Source: Myxococcota bacterium
Lineage (GTDB): Bacteria; Myxococcota_A; UBA796; SXON01
Direction: 5' to 3'
Assembly (NCBI GenBank): GCA_040386535.1
Contig: JAZKFH010000018.1
Span: 41,079-105,078, forward strand
Length of the DNA: 64,000 nucleotides
A program made the translations under genes and the position numbers. Within the stretch, counting starts at the first letter, position 1; every line of letters begins with the position of its first letter. Below are positions 1-10,500 of this stretch, piece after piece. The notes under the pieces were generated by a model that saw only the letters and a list, made by a program, of their open reading frames with translations, ran no database searches and had not been told where the DNA came from.

Positions 1-1
1 C

Positions 2-721
2 AAGGGCCCGGCCGAGGCGGACGCCCTGGCCGAGGTGCTCAAGCGCTCGTTGACCGGGCAGGCCCAGGTCGACGTCGCCGTGGCTCCGCCGTTCCTGTCG
101 ATCCCCGTCGTGGCCGCGCGTCTGCGGCACAGCGGCGTGCACGTGGCCGGTCAGAACGTCCACCCCGAGCCGTCCGGCGCGTTCACCGGCGAGATCAGCG
201 CCGAGATGTTGCGGCAGGCGGGCGTGTCGTACTGCATCGTCGGCCACTCCGAGCGCCGCGCGCTGTTCGGCGACACGGACGCCTTCGTCGAGAAGAAGGT
301 GCACGCCTGCTTCCGCGCCGGCCTGCTCCCGATCCTCTGCGTCGGCGAGACGCTGGAGGAGCGTGAGGGCGGCCAGGCCGAGGTGGTGGTGCGCCGGCAG
401 CTCGCGGCGGCCCTCGGGCGCCTCACCGCGGACCAGCTGCCCTCGGTCACGCTCGCCTACGAGCCGGTCTGGGCCATCGGCACGGGCCGCGTCGCGACGC
501 CTCAGCAGGCGCAGGAGATGCACGCCACCATCCGCGAGTGGCTAGCCGAGCGGTACCCCGCGTTCGTCCCCCGCGGCATGCGCATCCTCTACGGCGGCTC
601 GGTCAAGGCCAGCAACGCGGCGGGGCTCCTGTCCCAGCCGGACATCGACGGCGCGCTCGTCGGTGGCGCCGCCCTCATGGCGGACGAGTTCCTCGGCATC
701 GTCGCGGCAGCGGCCAAGTAG
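2..721 (+). CDS. tpiA: Triosephosphate isomerase (5' end outside window)
   Basis: GAFTGEIS, GHSERR, AYEPVWAIGTG, LYGGSV, GALVGGA motifs; frame open to window edge. Confidence 0.97.
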   Translation, partial: KGPAEADALAEVLKRSLTGQAQVDVAVAPPFLSIPVVAARLRHSGVHVAGQNVHPEPSGAFTGEISAEMLRQAGVSYCIVGHSERRALFGDTDAFVEKKVHACFRAGLLPILCVGETLEEREGGQAEVVVRRQLAAALGRLTADQLPSVTLAYEPVWAIGTGRVATPQQAQEMHATIREWLAERYPAFVPRGMRILYGGSVKASNAAGLLSQPDIDGALVGGAALMADEFLGIVAAAAK

Positions 722-807
722 CGGATCAGCGGGCGCCGAGGATCGTCCAACCGGCGATCCTGGCGATCCATCCATCAGCGCGATAGCGCGGAAGCCTCGG
801 AAGGTTC

Positions 808-1248
808 ATGTACATCTTCGTCGTCACCCTGCACGTCATCCTCTGCTTGATCCTCGTGCTGGTCATCCTCATGCAGCCGGGCAAGGGCGGGGACATCTCC
901 TCCGCGTTCGGCGGCGGCTCGTCGTCCCAGCTCTTCGGAGCCGCGGGCCCGGGCAACTTCCTCACGCGCGGCACGGGCATCGTGGCGGGGCTGTTCATGG
1001 TCACGAGCATCACGCTCGCGCTCTACAGCACGGAGTCCGCGCGTGGCGGGTCGGGTGTAGAGGACGAGCTCGAGAACGTGCTTCAAGAGGGCGAAGAAGG
1101 CTCCGGCTTCGGCGCAGGCAGCACGAACGCGCCCGCTCCGGCCGCACCCGCTCCGGCCGCACCCGCGCCCACGCCGGCGCCGGATGCAGCGCCGTCGGAC
1201 GCCGTTCCGGTGCCGGCTGCGGCGCCCGCTGAGGCACCGGCCAAATAG
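808..1248 (+). CDS. secG: Preprotein translocase SecG with Ala/Pro-rich tail
   Basis: Two TM segments around LMQPGKGGDISSAFGGG; canonical tpiA-secG-tRNA-Leu order. Confidence 0.95.
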   Translation: MYIFVVTLHVILCLILVLVILMQPGKGGDISSAFGGGSSSQLFGAAGPGNFLTRGTGIVAGLFMVTSITLALYSTESARGGSGVEDELENVLQEGEEGSGFGAGSTNAPAPAAPAPAAPAPTPAPDAAPSDAVPVPAAAPAEAPAK

Positions 1249-1263
1249 ATCACACGAGAAGCC

Positions 1264-1292
1264 TTGACCCCGACCGGGGCCCGGGGTAAATG
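1264..1292 (+). promoter_or_regulatory. Sigma70-like promoter for tRNA-Leu
   Basis: TTGACC-17bp-TAAATG ending 9 bp before the tRNA. Confidence 0.6.
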
Positions 1293-1301
1293 TTTGGGCG
1301 C

Positions 1302-1387
1302 GCGCGGATGGCGGAATGGTAGACGCGCAAGTTTGAGGTGCTTGTGGCCGAAAGGCTGTGCGGGTTCAAGTCCCGCTTCGCGCACCA
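1302..1387 (+). tRNA. tRNA-Leu(GAG)
   Basis: GCGCGGA/TTCGCGC acceptor, anticodon loop TT-GAG-GT, long variable arm, GGTTCAAGTCC, CCA end. Confidence 0.95.
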
Positions 1388-1394
1388 ACCTCAC

Positions 1395-1435
1395 CAAACG
1401 CCGCAGGGTAACCCCCTGCGGCGTTTGTGCTTTTT
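1395..1435 (+). terminator. Rho-independent terminator
   Basis: CAAACGCCGCAGGG/CCCTGCGGCGTTTG stem followed by TGCTTTTT. Confidence 0.85.
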
Positions 1436-1785
1436 GCCTCCCCGAGTCGGCGAGCGCGCCGCGGGCAACCGTGCCCGCCGTCCTCGGGACGAGGTCGAGC
1501 AACCTTAGGCGTCCGCGCCCGGACCGGCGCCGAAGCCGCTGCTGCCGCCGTCCGGCCCTGGCTGCAGCCGCGTCCGCGTCCGGGCGGCGCCGCTGCAGCT
1601 CCCTCTGATGCGGCCCGTCGTGACACCCCTCGCCGCAGGCCGCTTGGCGCCTTGACGCTTGCGCCTGCTCGCCGTGGCCGGCGCGCCGTACTCGTCAACA
1701 GGCCTCCGCCTGCGCAGCCACGGCGCCGAGCCCGCAGCTCCGTCAAGAAGAACAGCGCGGACCCCGCCCCGACTTCCCGACGGCG

Positions 1786-2295
1786 CTAGCCTTCCCCGGC
1801 GCGACGGTCCGCCGGCCCTACCGCGCGTTGCTTGCCAGGCGAGGGTCGGCGGCTGCACGTCTCCGGGGCCAGGCAGCTCCCGTAGATCTCGTGCCGGTGA
1901 TGCTCCACGCGCAGCCCGTGGGCCACGGCGATGTCCGCCTGCCGCTGCTCGATGATGGGATCCTCGAACTCGAAGATGGTGCCGCACGTCGTGCAGATGA
2001 GGTGGTCGTGGTGCTCGTCGTCGATGACCGGCTCGTAGCGCGACTGCCCGTCATCGAAGTGGCGCTCGTGCGCGACCCCGGCCTCGGCGAACAGCTTCAT
2101 CGTGCGGTACACGGTCGCGTATCCGACGCCCGCCATCCGCTCCTGCACCTGGCCCAGCAGGTCGTCAATCGAGACGTGCCCACCCGCCGCGAAGAACACC
2201 TCGAGGATCTGGTCCCGCTGCCGGGTGTGCTTCAGCCCACGCTCGCGCATGTAGACCGTGAGCTTGCGTTGGGCTTCCTCGACGACCGGCTTCAT
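1786..2295 (-). CDS. fur: Fur-family transcriptional regulator
   Basis: [22 protein letters not shown]; start at ATG 2295 with AGGAG SD. Confidence 0.88.
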   Translation of the reverse strand: MKPVVEEAQRKLTVYMRERGLKHTRQRDQILEVFFAAGGHVSIDDLLGQVQERMAGVGYATVYRTMKLFAEAGVAHERHFDDGQSRYEPVIDDEHHDHLICTTCGTIFEFEDPIIEQRQADIAVAHGLRVEHHRHEIYGSCLAPETCSRRPSPGKQRAVGPADRRAGEG

Positions 2296-2418
2296 CCCCC
2301 CTCCTACCGCGACACCCGGACCGGGGGCCACCATCGCCAACGATTCGGCGCCCGGATTCCGCGAACGCCCTGCACCGGCCCAGCTCGATGGCCCGAAACA
2401 CGCGACAGACCAGACGCA

Positions 2419-2457
2419 CGTCAGCCCACGATCCCTCTCGGGCATCGTGGGCTGACG
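2419..2457 (-). terminator. Stem-loop after rplQ (probable terminator)
   Basis: 14-bp perfect inverted repeat CGTCAGCCCACGAT/ATCGTGGGCTGACG; weak U-tract. Confidence 0.65.
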
Positions 2458-2482
2458 GCATCAGGGGCCGCGGACGGCGACC

Positions 2483-2953
2483 TTAGACGGCGGGCTGCTG
2501 CTCGCCTTCGGTGGTCGGCGCTGCGGACGAAGCCGGGTAGGCCTCGGTGACCATCTCGAGCAGGTTCATCGAAGCCTGATCGCCGGGGCGACGCCCGAGC
2601 TTCAGGATCCGCGTGTACCCGCCCGGGCGGTTCTCGTACAGCGAGGCGTACTCGGTGAACACCTTCGTGAGCACGTCACGATCGGTGATCCACAGGCGCG
2701 CCTGGCGGATGGCGTGAACCCGGTCGGCCGTGGCCTTTCGGAGCTCCTCACCTTCCAGCCCAGCGAGCTTGGAGGGCGGGACCTTCTTCGAGAGCGTGAT
2801 GATGCGGTCGGCAACCTTGCGCACTTCCTTGGCCTTCGCCTCGGTGGTACGCACGCGGCCGTGCTGCATGAGAGAGGTGACCATGTTGCGGAACATGGCC
2901 TTGCGGTGGGCACCGTAGATGCTGAGCTTACGGCCGGCCTTGAGGTGACGCAT
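2483..2953 (-). CDS. rplQ: 50S ribosomal protein L17
   Basis: MRHLKAGRKL, TTEAKAKE, RPGGYTRILK. Confidence 0.97.
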   Translation of the reverse strand: MRHLKAGRKLSIYGAHRKAMFRNMVTSLMQHGRVRTTEAKAKEVRKVADRIITLSKKVPPSKLAGLEGEELRKATADRVHAIRQARLWITDRDVLTKVFTEYASLYENRPGGYTRILKLGRRPGDQASMNLLEMVTEAYPASSAAPTTEGEQQPAV

Positions 2954-2977
2954 GGGATCCTCCGAACGGAGACGCGG

Positions 2978-3985
2978 CTAACCGCGGCTCTTCGGGAAGT
3001 TGTGGAGCTTCATGCCGAGCGACAGGCCCAGCTCAGAAAGGATTTCCTTGATCTCGTTGAGAGACTTGCGGCCGAAGTTCTTGGTCTTCAGCATCTCCGC
3101 TTCAGTCTTCTCGACGAGCTGCCAGATGAACTCGATGCCGGCGTTCTGGAGGCAGTTCGCCGACCGCACCGAGAGGTCCAGCTCGTCGACGCGCTTGAAC
3201 AGCGCATCATTGAACTGCTGCTCGGGCACACGCTCTTCGCCGGTCGAGGGCTCATCCACTTCCATGAAGTTGATGAAGACCTGGAGCTGCTCCTTGAGGA
3301 CCTTGGCCGCAAACGCCACCGCATCCTCGGGGGACACGCTGCCGTTGGTCAACACCTCGAGGGTCAGCTTGTCGAAGTCCGTACGCTGACCAACGCGGGC
3401 GTTGGTCACCGTGTACTTCACGCGGCGGATCGGCGAGTGGATCGCGTCGATCGGCATGGTGCCGATCGGCCGATCGTCCTTCGCCTGCCGATTCGCCGGG
3501 ATGTAGCCCTTGCCCATCGCCACGCCCATCTCCATATGGAGACGGCCGACGCCCGTGAGCGTCGCGATCGGATGATCGGGGTTCAGGATTTCGGCTGCAC
3601 CGTCGAACCGGATGTCGCCCGCGGTCACGACGCGCGTGACACCGGCGGTGCCCTCCACGTCGATCGTCGCGTTGAAGGACTCGGTACGATCCGTGCGGAT
3701 CAGGATGCCCTTGACGTTCAGGATGATGTCCGTCACGTCTTCGATGACGCCCGGAATCGACGAGAACTCGTGGAGTACACCGTCGATCTTGACGGACGTG
3801 ACCGCGGCGCCCTGGAGGCTGGAGAGGAGTACGCGACGAAGCGCGTTCCCCAGCGTGATGCCGAACCCACGCTCGAGGGGCTTGACCACGAACTTGCCGT
3901 AGGTCTCCCCCGACTTCGCGTCGCGCTCGATGCGCTTCGGCTTGATGAGGCTACGCCAGTTGCTGTAAACGTGTTCACCGACCAT
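2978..3985 (-). CDS. rpoA: RNA polymerase alpha subunit
   Basis: [40 protein letters not shown] 3985 with AGGAG SD. Confidence 0.98.
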   Translation of the reverse strand: MVGEHVYSNWRSLIKPKRIERDAKSGETYGKFVVKPLERGFGITLGNALRRVLLSSLQGAAVTSVKIDGVLHEFSSIPGVIEDVTDIILNVKGILIRTDRTESFNATIDVEGTAGVTRVVTAGDIRFDGAAEILNPDHPIATLTGVGRLHMEMGVAMGKGYIPANRQAKDDRPIGTMPIDAIHSPIRRVKYTVTNARVGQRTDFDKLTLEVLTNGSVSPEDAVAFAAKVLKEQLQVFINFMEVDEPSTGEERVPEQQFNDALFKRVDELDLSVRSANCLQNAGIEFIWQLVEKTEAEMLKTKNFGRKSLNEIKEILSELGLSLGMKLHNFPKSRG

Positions 3986-4127
3986 TTGATGCTCCTGTTC
4001 GGGCTTCTGCGTCGTGGGCCGATCGACGCTCATCACCCGTTCAGAAACCGCTCCTCGTCATCACGACGCGGCTGGCCCAGCCAACGGAGCGGTAAGGCGA
4101 CCGGGGGTTTCCCCCCGGCCGGGTGGA

Positions 4128-4526
4128 TCAGACGCGGCGCCGCTTGGGCGGCCGGCATCCGTTGTGCGGGATGGGCGTCACGTCCGTGATCATCGTGACC
4201 TTGAGGCCGGCGTTCTGGATCGCGCGAAGCGCGGATTCCCGACCGGCACCAGGGCCCTTGATGACCACGCCCGCGGACTTCATCCCGTGCTCCATCGCCT
4301 TGCGGGCGGCGTCTTCCGCCACGAGCTGCGCCGCGAACGGCGTGCTCTTGCGGGAGCCCTTGAAGCCCTTCACGCCAGCGCTGGACCAGGCCACGGTGTT
4401 TCCACCCGGATCGGTCACGGTGACGATCGTGTTGTTGAACGTCGACTGGATGTGAACCATCCCGTACGGCACGTTCTTCTTGACCCTCTTGGGGCCCTTC
4501 TTCTTTGCGGCAGCTGCGGTGCTCAT
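4128..4526 (-). CDS. rpsK: 30S ribosomal protein S11
   Basis: [33 protein letters not shown]. Confidence 0.98.
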   Translation of the reverse strand: MSTAAAAKKKGPKRVKKNVPYGMVHIQSTFNNTIVTVTDPGGNTVAWSSAGVKGFKGSRKSTPFAAQLVAEDAARKAMEHGMKSAGVVIKGPGAGRESALRAIQNAGLKVTMITDVTPIPHNGCRPPKRRRV

Positions 4527-4541
4527 TTCCGTTCCCTCCCG

Positions 4542-4907
4542 CTACTTCTTCTTGGCGACGACGCGACGAGGACCCTTGCGGGTACGTGCGTTGGTGTGGG
4601 TGCGTTGACCACGGGCCGGAAGGCCGCGCTTGTGGCGGCTCCCACGGTAGGTGCCGAGGTCGATCAGCCGCTTGATGTTCATGGCGACCTCCTTGCGGAG
4701 CTCACCCTCCACGCGGTACTCGCGCTGAATCACGTCGCGGATGCGGGCGATGTCCACCTCGGACAGGTCCTGCGTGCGAATCGACGCGTCCACCTGGGCC
4801 TTCGCCAAGATGTCCGTCGCGTTCTTGCGACCGATGCCGTAGATGTACCCGAGTGCGATGTCGATGCGCTTGTTGCGCGGAAGATCGACGCCTTCGATGC
4901 GTGCCAT
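4542..4907 (-). CDS. rpsM: 30S ribosomal protein S13
   Basis: [30 protein letters not shown]. Confidence 0.98.
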   Translation of the reverse strand: MARIEGVDLPRNKRIDIALGYIYGIGRKNATDILAKAQVDASIRTQDLSEVDIARIRDVIQREYRVEGELRKEVAMNIKRLIDLGTYRGSRHKRGLPARGQRTHTNARTRKGPRRVVAKKK

Positions 4908-4916
4908 ACGTCCTCC

Positions 4917-5030
4917 TTAGCCCTGGCGCTGCTTATGCTTGGCGGTGACGCAGATCACGCGGACGACGCCGCGTCGACGGATGACGCTGCACTTGTCGCA
5001 GATGACCTTCACTGAGGCCTTTACTTTCAC
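4917..5030 (-). CDS. rpmJ: 50S ribosomal protein L36 (Zn-ribbon type)
   Basis: GTG start; [13 protein letters not shown]...VIC...KHKQRQG. Confidence 0.95.
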   Translation of the reverse strand: MKVKASVKVICDKCSVIRRRGVVRVICVTAKHKQRQG

Positions 5031-5058
5031 TGGAGTCTCCTCGCCGGCGAGAGCCGGT

Positions 5059-5838
5059 TCATCGGATGGGGGGGGAGGGCTCGAGGCTCGTGAGAATCTC
5101 GGGGCCCGACGGGGTGATGGCGACGGTGTGTTCGAAGTGCGCCGCTCGGCTTCCATCCTCGGTGACGACCGTCCATTCGTCTTTGAGGATCCGCGTACGC
5201 GGGGAGCCGAGGGTGATCATCGGCTCGAGCGCCAGCACCATTCCCACCTTGAGCAGGGGGCCGGTGCCGGCCTTGCCGAAGTTCGGTACGCTCGGCTCCT
5301 CGTGAAGCTTGCGTCCGATCCCGTGACCCACGAATTGAGTCACCACCCCCAGGCCTCTCGACTCGCAGTACGACTGGACCGTGTGTCCGATGTCGCCGAT
5401 GCGGTTGTTGACCCGGGCGCGGGCGACGGCCTCATATAAGGACTTCTCGGTCGTGTCAAGGAGCAGCGCGGTCTGCTCGTCGACCGGCGGCATCGCCATC
5501 GAGAAGGCGGTGTCGGCGTAGTAGCCACCGTACACCAGCCCGAAATCCAGGGAGACGAGGTCCCCCTCCAGCAGCCGGCGCTTGGACGGGATCCCGTGCA
5601 CCACCTGCTCGTTGATGGAGACGCAGATGGTCGCGGGAAAGACCGCCCGGCCAACCTTGTAGCCCTTGAACGCCGGCTTGGCGCCCGCGGCCAAGATGGC
5701 ATCCTCGGTCATCCGATCGATGTCCAGCGTGGAGGCACCCACTACCACGCGTTCACGAAGGCCCGCGACCACCTCGGCAAGCTTGCGCCCCGCGGTACGC
5801 ATGACCCCGAGCTCCCAGGCCTCCTTGATCAGGATCAC
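5059..5838 (-). CDS. map: Methionine aminopeptidase type I
   Basis: VVHGIP, DFG...D, GHGIG..LHE, EPM, AAHFEHT. Confidence 0.97.
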   Translation of the reverse strand: MILIKEAWELGVMRTAGRKLAEVVAGLRERVVVGASTLDIDRMTEDAILAAGAKPAFKGYKVGRAVFPATICVSINEQVVHGIPSKRRLLEGDLVSLDFGLVYGGYYADTAFSMAMPPVDEQTALLLDTTEKSLYEAVARARVNNRIGDIGHTVQSYCESRGLGVVTQFVGHGIGRKLHEEPSVPNFGKAGTGPLLKVGMVLALEPMITLGSPRTRILKDEWTVVTEDGSRAAHFEHTVAITPSGPEILTSLEPSPPIR

Positions 5839-5850
5839 GTGAGGCTCCGA

Positions 5851-6495
5851 CTAGTTCAGGCCGAGCGCGGCGAACACGCGCGCGCGGATATCGGCGACAT
5901 CCCCCGTGCCAGCGATGTCGTGCACCGGCGCCACCGGCCGAAGGACAGGAAGCACCGGGATCGTTTCGCGCGCGTAGGTCTCGAGACGGGTGAGCACCAC
6001 TTCCGGCTTGTCGTCATCGCGCTGGATGATGGTCGTCCCACACCGCGAGCACTGCTCTCCGTCAGCGGGAGCAAACTCGCGATGAAAGGTAGCGCCACAA
6101 GATGGGCACGAGCGCCGCCCAGTGAGCCGCTTGAGGATCACCTCATCGGGCACAACGAGGTTGATCACCCCGTCGACCTGACGGCCACGGGCTGCAAGCC
6201 ACGTGAGCAACCACTCGGCCTGAACCGCGGTCCGGGGAAACCCATCGAGGAGGACGCCGTTCGCGGCGTCCGGCTCCTCGAGACGGGAGGCCACGATCTC
6301 ACAGGTGAAGGCGTCAGGCACGAGCCCACCACCTTGCATGTAGGCCTTCGCCCGAGCGCCGAGCTCGGTCCCTTCCTTGAGGTGCCGACGGAAGATGTCG
6401 CCGGTCGCCACGTGCGGAACGCCCAGGCGCTGCGCCAGGTCCTTGGCTTGCGTACCCTTGCCCGAACCAGGAGGGCCAAACAGCAGAACGGTCAT
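5851..6495 (-). CDS. adk: Adenylate kinase (Zn-lid type)
   Basis: GPPGSGKGTQ, LLDGFPRT, CxxC...CxxC lid; ATGA overlap with secY. Confidence 0.96.
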   Translation of the reverse strand: MTVLLFGPPGSGKGTQAKDLAQRLGVPHVATGDIFRRHLKEGTELGARAKAYMQGGGLVPDAFTCEIVASRLEEPDAANGVLLDGFPRTAVQAEWLLTWLAARGRQVDGVINLVVPDEVILKRLTGRRSCPSCGATFHREFAPADGEQCSRCGTTIIQRDDDKPEVVLTRLETYARETIPVLPVLRPVAPVHDIAGTGDVADIRARVFAALGLN

Positions 6496-7841
6496 CCCGC
6501 CTCCTGGGCCCCACCGAGCAGCATGCGTCGACGACCCGCGACCCGACCACCACCACCCGGGCCTTGGAGCCCGTCGTAGTGACGCGTGAGCAGCTGCGCT
6601 TCCACCTGAGCCACCGTGTCGAGCGACACACCGACCACAATCAGCAGGCCCGTGCCGCCGAAGTGGAAGGGCACCCCGTACTCGGTGATCAACAGCGTCG
6701 GAAGGATGCACACCGCGGCCAGGTACAGAGCACCCGCGCAGGTCAACCGCGTGAGGAGCCGGTCAATGTACTCGGCCGTCTGCTTGCCCGGACGAATGCC
6801 AGGGATGTAGCCGCCGTGCTTCTTGAGATTGTCCGCCACGTCCACCGGGTTGAACATCATCGCCGTGTAGAAGTAGGCGAAGAAGACGATCAACGCGATG
6901 TAAACGTAGTTGTACAGCCAGTGCCCGGGCGCAAGCGCCGAGGTGAGTGCCGTTACCGCGTCGTTCTGCCAGACCGCTCCCATCGTCGCGGGCACCATCA
7001 GCACCGAGGACGCAAAGATGGGCGGAATGACACCAGTGGTGTTCACCTTGAGCGGAAGGTGCGTGGTCTGTCCGCCATACACCCGCCGACCGACCACGCG
7101 CTTGGCGTATTGGATGGGGATGCGGCGCTGTCCACGCTCAATCCACACGATCATGCCGACCACCGCAATGACCAGCCCGAGCAGCAGCGTTGCCTGCAGC
7201 AGGTTGATCTCGCCGAGCCGAATCTTCTGGACGAGGCTCATCACGCCGGAGGGAAGCCCCGAGACGATGCCTGCCGTAATGATGAGACTCGAGCCGTTGC
7301 CGATGCCACGCTCGGAGATCTGCTCCCCGATCCACATGACGAAGCAGCTACCCGCCGTCATGGTGATCATCGTGAGCATCCTGAAATCCCAGCCGGGATT
7401 CAGGACCACGTCCGCGTTGGCGGCCGTCTTCATCTGCTCGAGGGACACCGCAATCGCGAACGACTGCGCCACCGCGATCGCGATCGTCGCGTATCGGGTG
7501 TACTGGGTGATCTTGCCCTTCCCCTGCTGCCCTTCCTTGGAAAGGCGCTCGAGGGGGGGGAGCACGACCGTCAGCAGTTGGATGATGATGCTCGCCGTGA
7601 TGTACGGCATGATGCCCAGCACGAACACGCTGAATTGCTCCAGCGCGCCGCCACTGAACATGTCGTACAGCCCGAACATCGTGTCGCGGTTGGCACTGAT
7701 GAACTCACCCAGCGCCTGGCGATCGACACCGGGCGCGGGGATGTGCACCCCGAGCCGAAACACCGCGAGCATGCCAAGCGTGAAGAGAATCCGATTCCGG
7801 AGCTCTGGCATCGACATGATCGCGGAGAACCAGCGATTCAC
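6492..7841 (-). CDS. secY: Preprotein translocase SecY
   Basis: LGIMPYITASII, GIGNGSS, GVIPPIFA, IPGIRPG. Confidence 0.98.
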   Translation of the reverse strand: MNRWFSAIMSMPELRNRILFTLGMLAVFRLGVHIPAPGVDRQALGEFISANRDTMFGLYDMFSGGALEQFSVFVLGIMPYITASIIIQLLTVVLPPLERLSKEGQQGKGKITQYTRYATIAIAVAQSFAIAVSLEQMKTAANADVVLNPGWDFRMLTMITMTAGSCFVMWIGEQISERGIGNGSSLIITAGIVSGLPSGVMSLVQKIRLGEINLLQATLLLGLVIAVVGMIVWIERGQRRIPIQYAKRVVGRRVYGGQTTHLPLKVNTTGVIPPIFASSVLMVPATMGAVWQNDAVTALTSALAPGHWLYNYVYIALIVFFAYFYTAMMFNPVDVADNLKKHGGYIPGIRPGKQTAEYIDRLLTRLTCAGALYLAAVCILPTLLITEYGVPFHFGGTGLLIVVGVSLDTVAQVEAQLLTRHYDGLQGPGGGGRVAGRRRMLLGGAQEAG

Positions 7842-8293
7842 GCAGCATTCTCCGCGACAGTGCCACCAGCGGCCTCAATCTTGGCACGAGCGGATGCAGA
7901 GAACTTCGCGGCGCGCACCGTAAGGGCGGCCGTGAGTTCGCCGTCGCCCAGCACCTTGACGCCATCGCGCCCGATACGCGAGATGACACCTGACGCCTTG
8001 AGCGTCTTGGCATCGAGCTCGGTGCCCGCCGGGAAGGCAGACAGCTGGCCCACGTTCACCTCGGTGTAATCCTTGGCGAAGATGTTGCGGAAGCCACGCT
8101 TGGGCTGGCGGCGGAGCAGAGGGATCTGACCACCCTCGAAGCCCAGGCGCTTGCCGGAACCGGCGCGAGCCTGCTGCCCCTTGGTACCGCGACCAGCGGT
8201 CTTGCCGAGGCCGGAGCCCTGGCCGCGACCGACCCGGGTGCGAGGACGCTGTGCGCCCGGCACCGGATGCAAATTGGAGAGTTCGTCAGCCAT
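7838..8293 (-). CDS. rplO: 50S ribosomal protein L15
   Basis: RVGRGQGSGLGKTAGRG, GFEGGQ. Confidence 0.98.
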   Translation of the reverse strand: MADELSNLHPVPGAQRPRTRVGRGQGSGLGKTAGRGTKGQQARAGSGKRLGFEGGQIPLLRRQPKRGFRNIFAKDYTEVNVGQLSAFPAGTELDAKTLKASGVISRIGRDGVKVLGDGELTAALTVRAAKFSASARAKIEAAGGTVAENAA

Positions 8294-8300
8294 GGAATCC

Positions 8301-8495
8301 TCAGGCGTCCGTGGACGCGACTTCCTCGACCTGAATCAGGTGGAGGACAGACTTGATCATCCCGCGGACCGCGGGAGTGTTCTCGAGCTCACGGCTCCGA
8401 CCGATACGGCGGAGCCCCAAGCCCATGAGCGTAGCGCGCTGGCGTTCGGTCGTGCCGATCGAGCTACGGGAGAGGGTGACCTTCAGGCGAGACAT
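8301..8495 (-). CDS. rpmD: 50S ribosomal protein L30
   Basis: [23 protein letters not shown]. Confidence 0.95.
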   Translation of the reverse strand: MSRLKVTLSRSSIGTTERQRATLMGLGLRRIGRSRELENTPAVRGMIKSVLHLIQVEEVASTDA

Positions 8496-8506
8496 CCGAA
8501 CTCCGA

Positions 8507-9076
8507 TCAGTGCTGGGCGCCCGCTCGCGCGGCCCACACACGCGAACCGACGTTGTGGTTGGCGATCACGTCGTCGAGCGGGATGCCGCGACGCGTAGCC
8601 ACCTGCTCGGGAGATTCGAGCTGGTAGAGCGCGTCGAGCGTCGCACGCACGACGTTGTGAGGATTGGAGCTACCGAGGCTCTTGGTGAGCACATTGTGGT
8701 AGCCCGCCGCATCCAGGATGGCGCGGACGACCGGACCGGCGATGACGCCAGTTCCCGGGCTCGCGGGGCGGAGAAGCACCTTGCCGGCGCCGAAGGCGCC
8801 GGTGGAGATGTGCGGCACGGTACCGTCCACGACGGGCACCTCCGCCATGCTTCCCTTCGCGCGCTCCGTAGCCTTGCGAACCGCCTCGGGTACTTCGTTG
8901 GCCTTACCGTGACCGACACCGATCCGACCGGATCCGTTACCGACCACGACGAGGGCGCTGAAGCTGAACCTACGTCCACCCTTCACGACCTTCGCCACGC
9001 GGTTCACGTAGATGGTCTTCTCGATGAGCTGCACTTCCTCGGCAGCCTTGCGAGGGCGGGACTTCCTGCTGTTCAC
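8507..9076 (-). CDS. rpsE: 30S ribosomal protein S5
   Basis: [26 protein letters not shown]. Confidence 0.97.
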   Translation of the reverse strand: MNSRKSRPRKAAEEVQLIEKTIYVNRVAKVVKGGRRFSFSALVVVGNGSGRIGVGHGKANEVPEAVRKATERAKGSMAEVPVVDGTVPHISTGAFGAGKVLLRPASPGTGVIAGPVVRAILDAAGYHNVLTKSLGSSNPHNVVRATLDALYQLESPEQVATRRGIPLDDVIANHNVGSRVWAARAGAQH

Positions 9077-9142
9077 GTTCGACTCCGGGAGCCGTCAGCG
9101 GTGCACCGGTGCGAGACCGGCCACCCCGACGAGTAATGGGGA

Positions 9143-9508
9143 TCAGAAATCGAGACCGGCCTCACGAGCCGAGTCGGCGAGCGCCTGCACACGACCGTGG
9201 TACAGGAAGCCGTTACGGTCGAAGACAACCTTGTCGATCGACGCCGCACGCGCACGCTCCGCGATCAACCGACCAACCGCCTTCGCGGCCTCGATGTTGC
9301 CGCGATGCCCGTCGTGACCCTCGAGCTCGGGGCTCAACGTCGAAGCGGCCACCAGCGTGGCGCCCGTCACGTCGTCAACGATCTGCGCGTACATGTGCGA
9401 AGACGTCCGGAAGACCGTCAGCCGAGGACGCTCGGTACTGCCGAACACCTTCTTACGAATGCGCTTCTTACGACGCACACGCGAATCACCAGCCTTAGCG
9501 TAAGCCAT
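9143..9508 (-). CDS. rplR: 50S ribosomal protein L18
   Basis: [21 protein letters not shown]. Confidence 0.98.
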   Translation of the reverse strand: MAYAKAGDSRVRRKKRIRKKVFGSTERPRLTVFRTSSHMYAQIVDDVTGATLVAASTLSPELEGHDGHRGNIEAAKAVGRLIAERARAASIDKVVFDRNGFLYHGRVQALADSAREAGLDF

Positions 9509-9517
9509 CTTCGACCC

Positions 9518-10057
9518 CTACTTCTTCGCCGTCTTGCCGGCCTTGAGCTTGATGTGCTCGCCTTCGTTGCGGACGCCCTTGCCCTTGTAGGCATCCGGCG
9601 ACCGGAACCCACGAAGCTTGGCGGCCGTCTCGCCGACGGTCTGGCGGTCACTGCCCTTGATGCTGAGCTTGGTGCCCTTCTCCACGTCAATCGTGATGCC
9701 CGCAGGAAACGGGAACTCGATCGTGTGGCTGTAGCCGAGCGAAAGCACGAGGGTCTTGCCCTTGACTTCGCTCTTGAAGCCGACGCCCTGGATCTCAAGC
9801 CTGCGCTCGAAGCCCTTGGTGACGCCCTGCACCATGTTGTTGACGAGTGCACGGGTGAGCCCGTGGTTCGAGCGGAACTGCCGGCTGTCATCAGCGCGCA
9901 CGACCGTCAGAAGGCTGCCCTCCTGCTCAATCGAGACACCTGCTGCGACGCGCTGAGACAGCTCGCCTTTCGGCCCCTTGACCCGTACAACGCCGTCGAG
10001 GACGTTTACGGACACGCCGCTCGGCAGCGTGACGGGGAGCTTTCCAATACGAGACAT
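9518..10057 (-). CDS. rplF: 50S ribosomal protein L6
   Basis: MSRIGKLP, KGPKG, PDAYKGKG. Confidence 0.97.
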   Translation of the reverse strand: MSRIGKLPVTLPSGVSVNVLDGVVRVKGPKGELSQRVAAGVSIEQEGSLLTVVRADDSRQFRSNHGLTRALVNNMVQGVTKGFERRLEIQGVGFKSEVKGKTLVLSLGYSHTIEFPFPAGITIDVEKGTKLSIKGSDRQTVGETAAKLRGFRSPDAYKGKGVRNEGEHIKLKAGKTAKK

Positions 10058-10082
10058 CGTAGATTCCTCGCGGAAGGTATCG

Positions 10083-10481
10083 CTACCAGACGTAGCAGAG
10101 GACTTCCCCGCCGACGCCCGCGGTGCGAGCCGCCCGGTCGGAGAGGACACCCTGCGGGGTGGTCAGGATGGCGAGGCCGAGGCCGTTTCGCACGCGAGGA
10201 ATCTCATCCTTGCCGACGTAGAAACGACGGCTCGGTGAACTCACGCGCTTGAGGCCCTGAATGACGCCTTGCTTGCCGCCATCGTACTTGAGGAAGATTT
10301 TAATCGTCCCCTTCGCGTCGGTGGGGCTATCGATGAATCCCTCAACAAAGCCTTCGCTCTTGAGGATCTTCACCAGTTCGAGCTTGAGCTTCGAACGAGG
10401 CACCACCACGCTGGCGTGACGCGCCTGAATGGCGTTGCGGATCCGCGTAAGCAGATCAGCAATGGGATCGGTCATGGACAT
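10083..10481 (-). CDS. rpsH: 30S ribosomal protein S8
   Basis: DPIADLLTRIRNA, GGEVLCYVW. Confidence 0.98.
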   Translation of the reverse strand: MSMTDPIADLLTRIRNAIQARHASVVVPRSKLKLELVKILKSEGFVEGFIDSPTDAKGTIKIFLKYDGGKQGVIQGLKRVSSPSRRFYVGKDEIPRVRNGLGLAILTTPQGVLSDRAARTAGVGGEVLCYVW

Positions 10482-10500
10482 GGGTTCGCTCCCGCTCTGC

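Noticed and set aside
1132..1161. 15-bp repeat in secG
   Set aside because: Simply encodes the PAPAA low-complexity tail
1388..1785. Integrative element at tRNA-Leu, or a small CDS in this gap
   Set aside because: No integrase and no duplicated tRNA 3' end seen; candidate ORFs are Arg/Pro/Ala-rich GC noise
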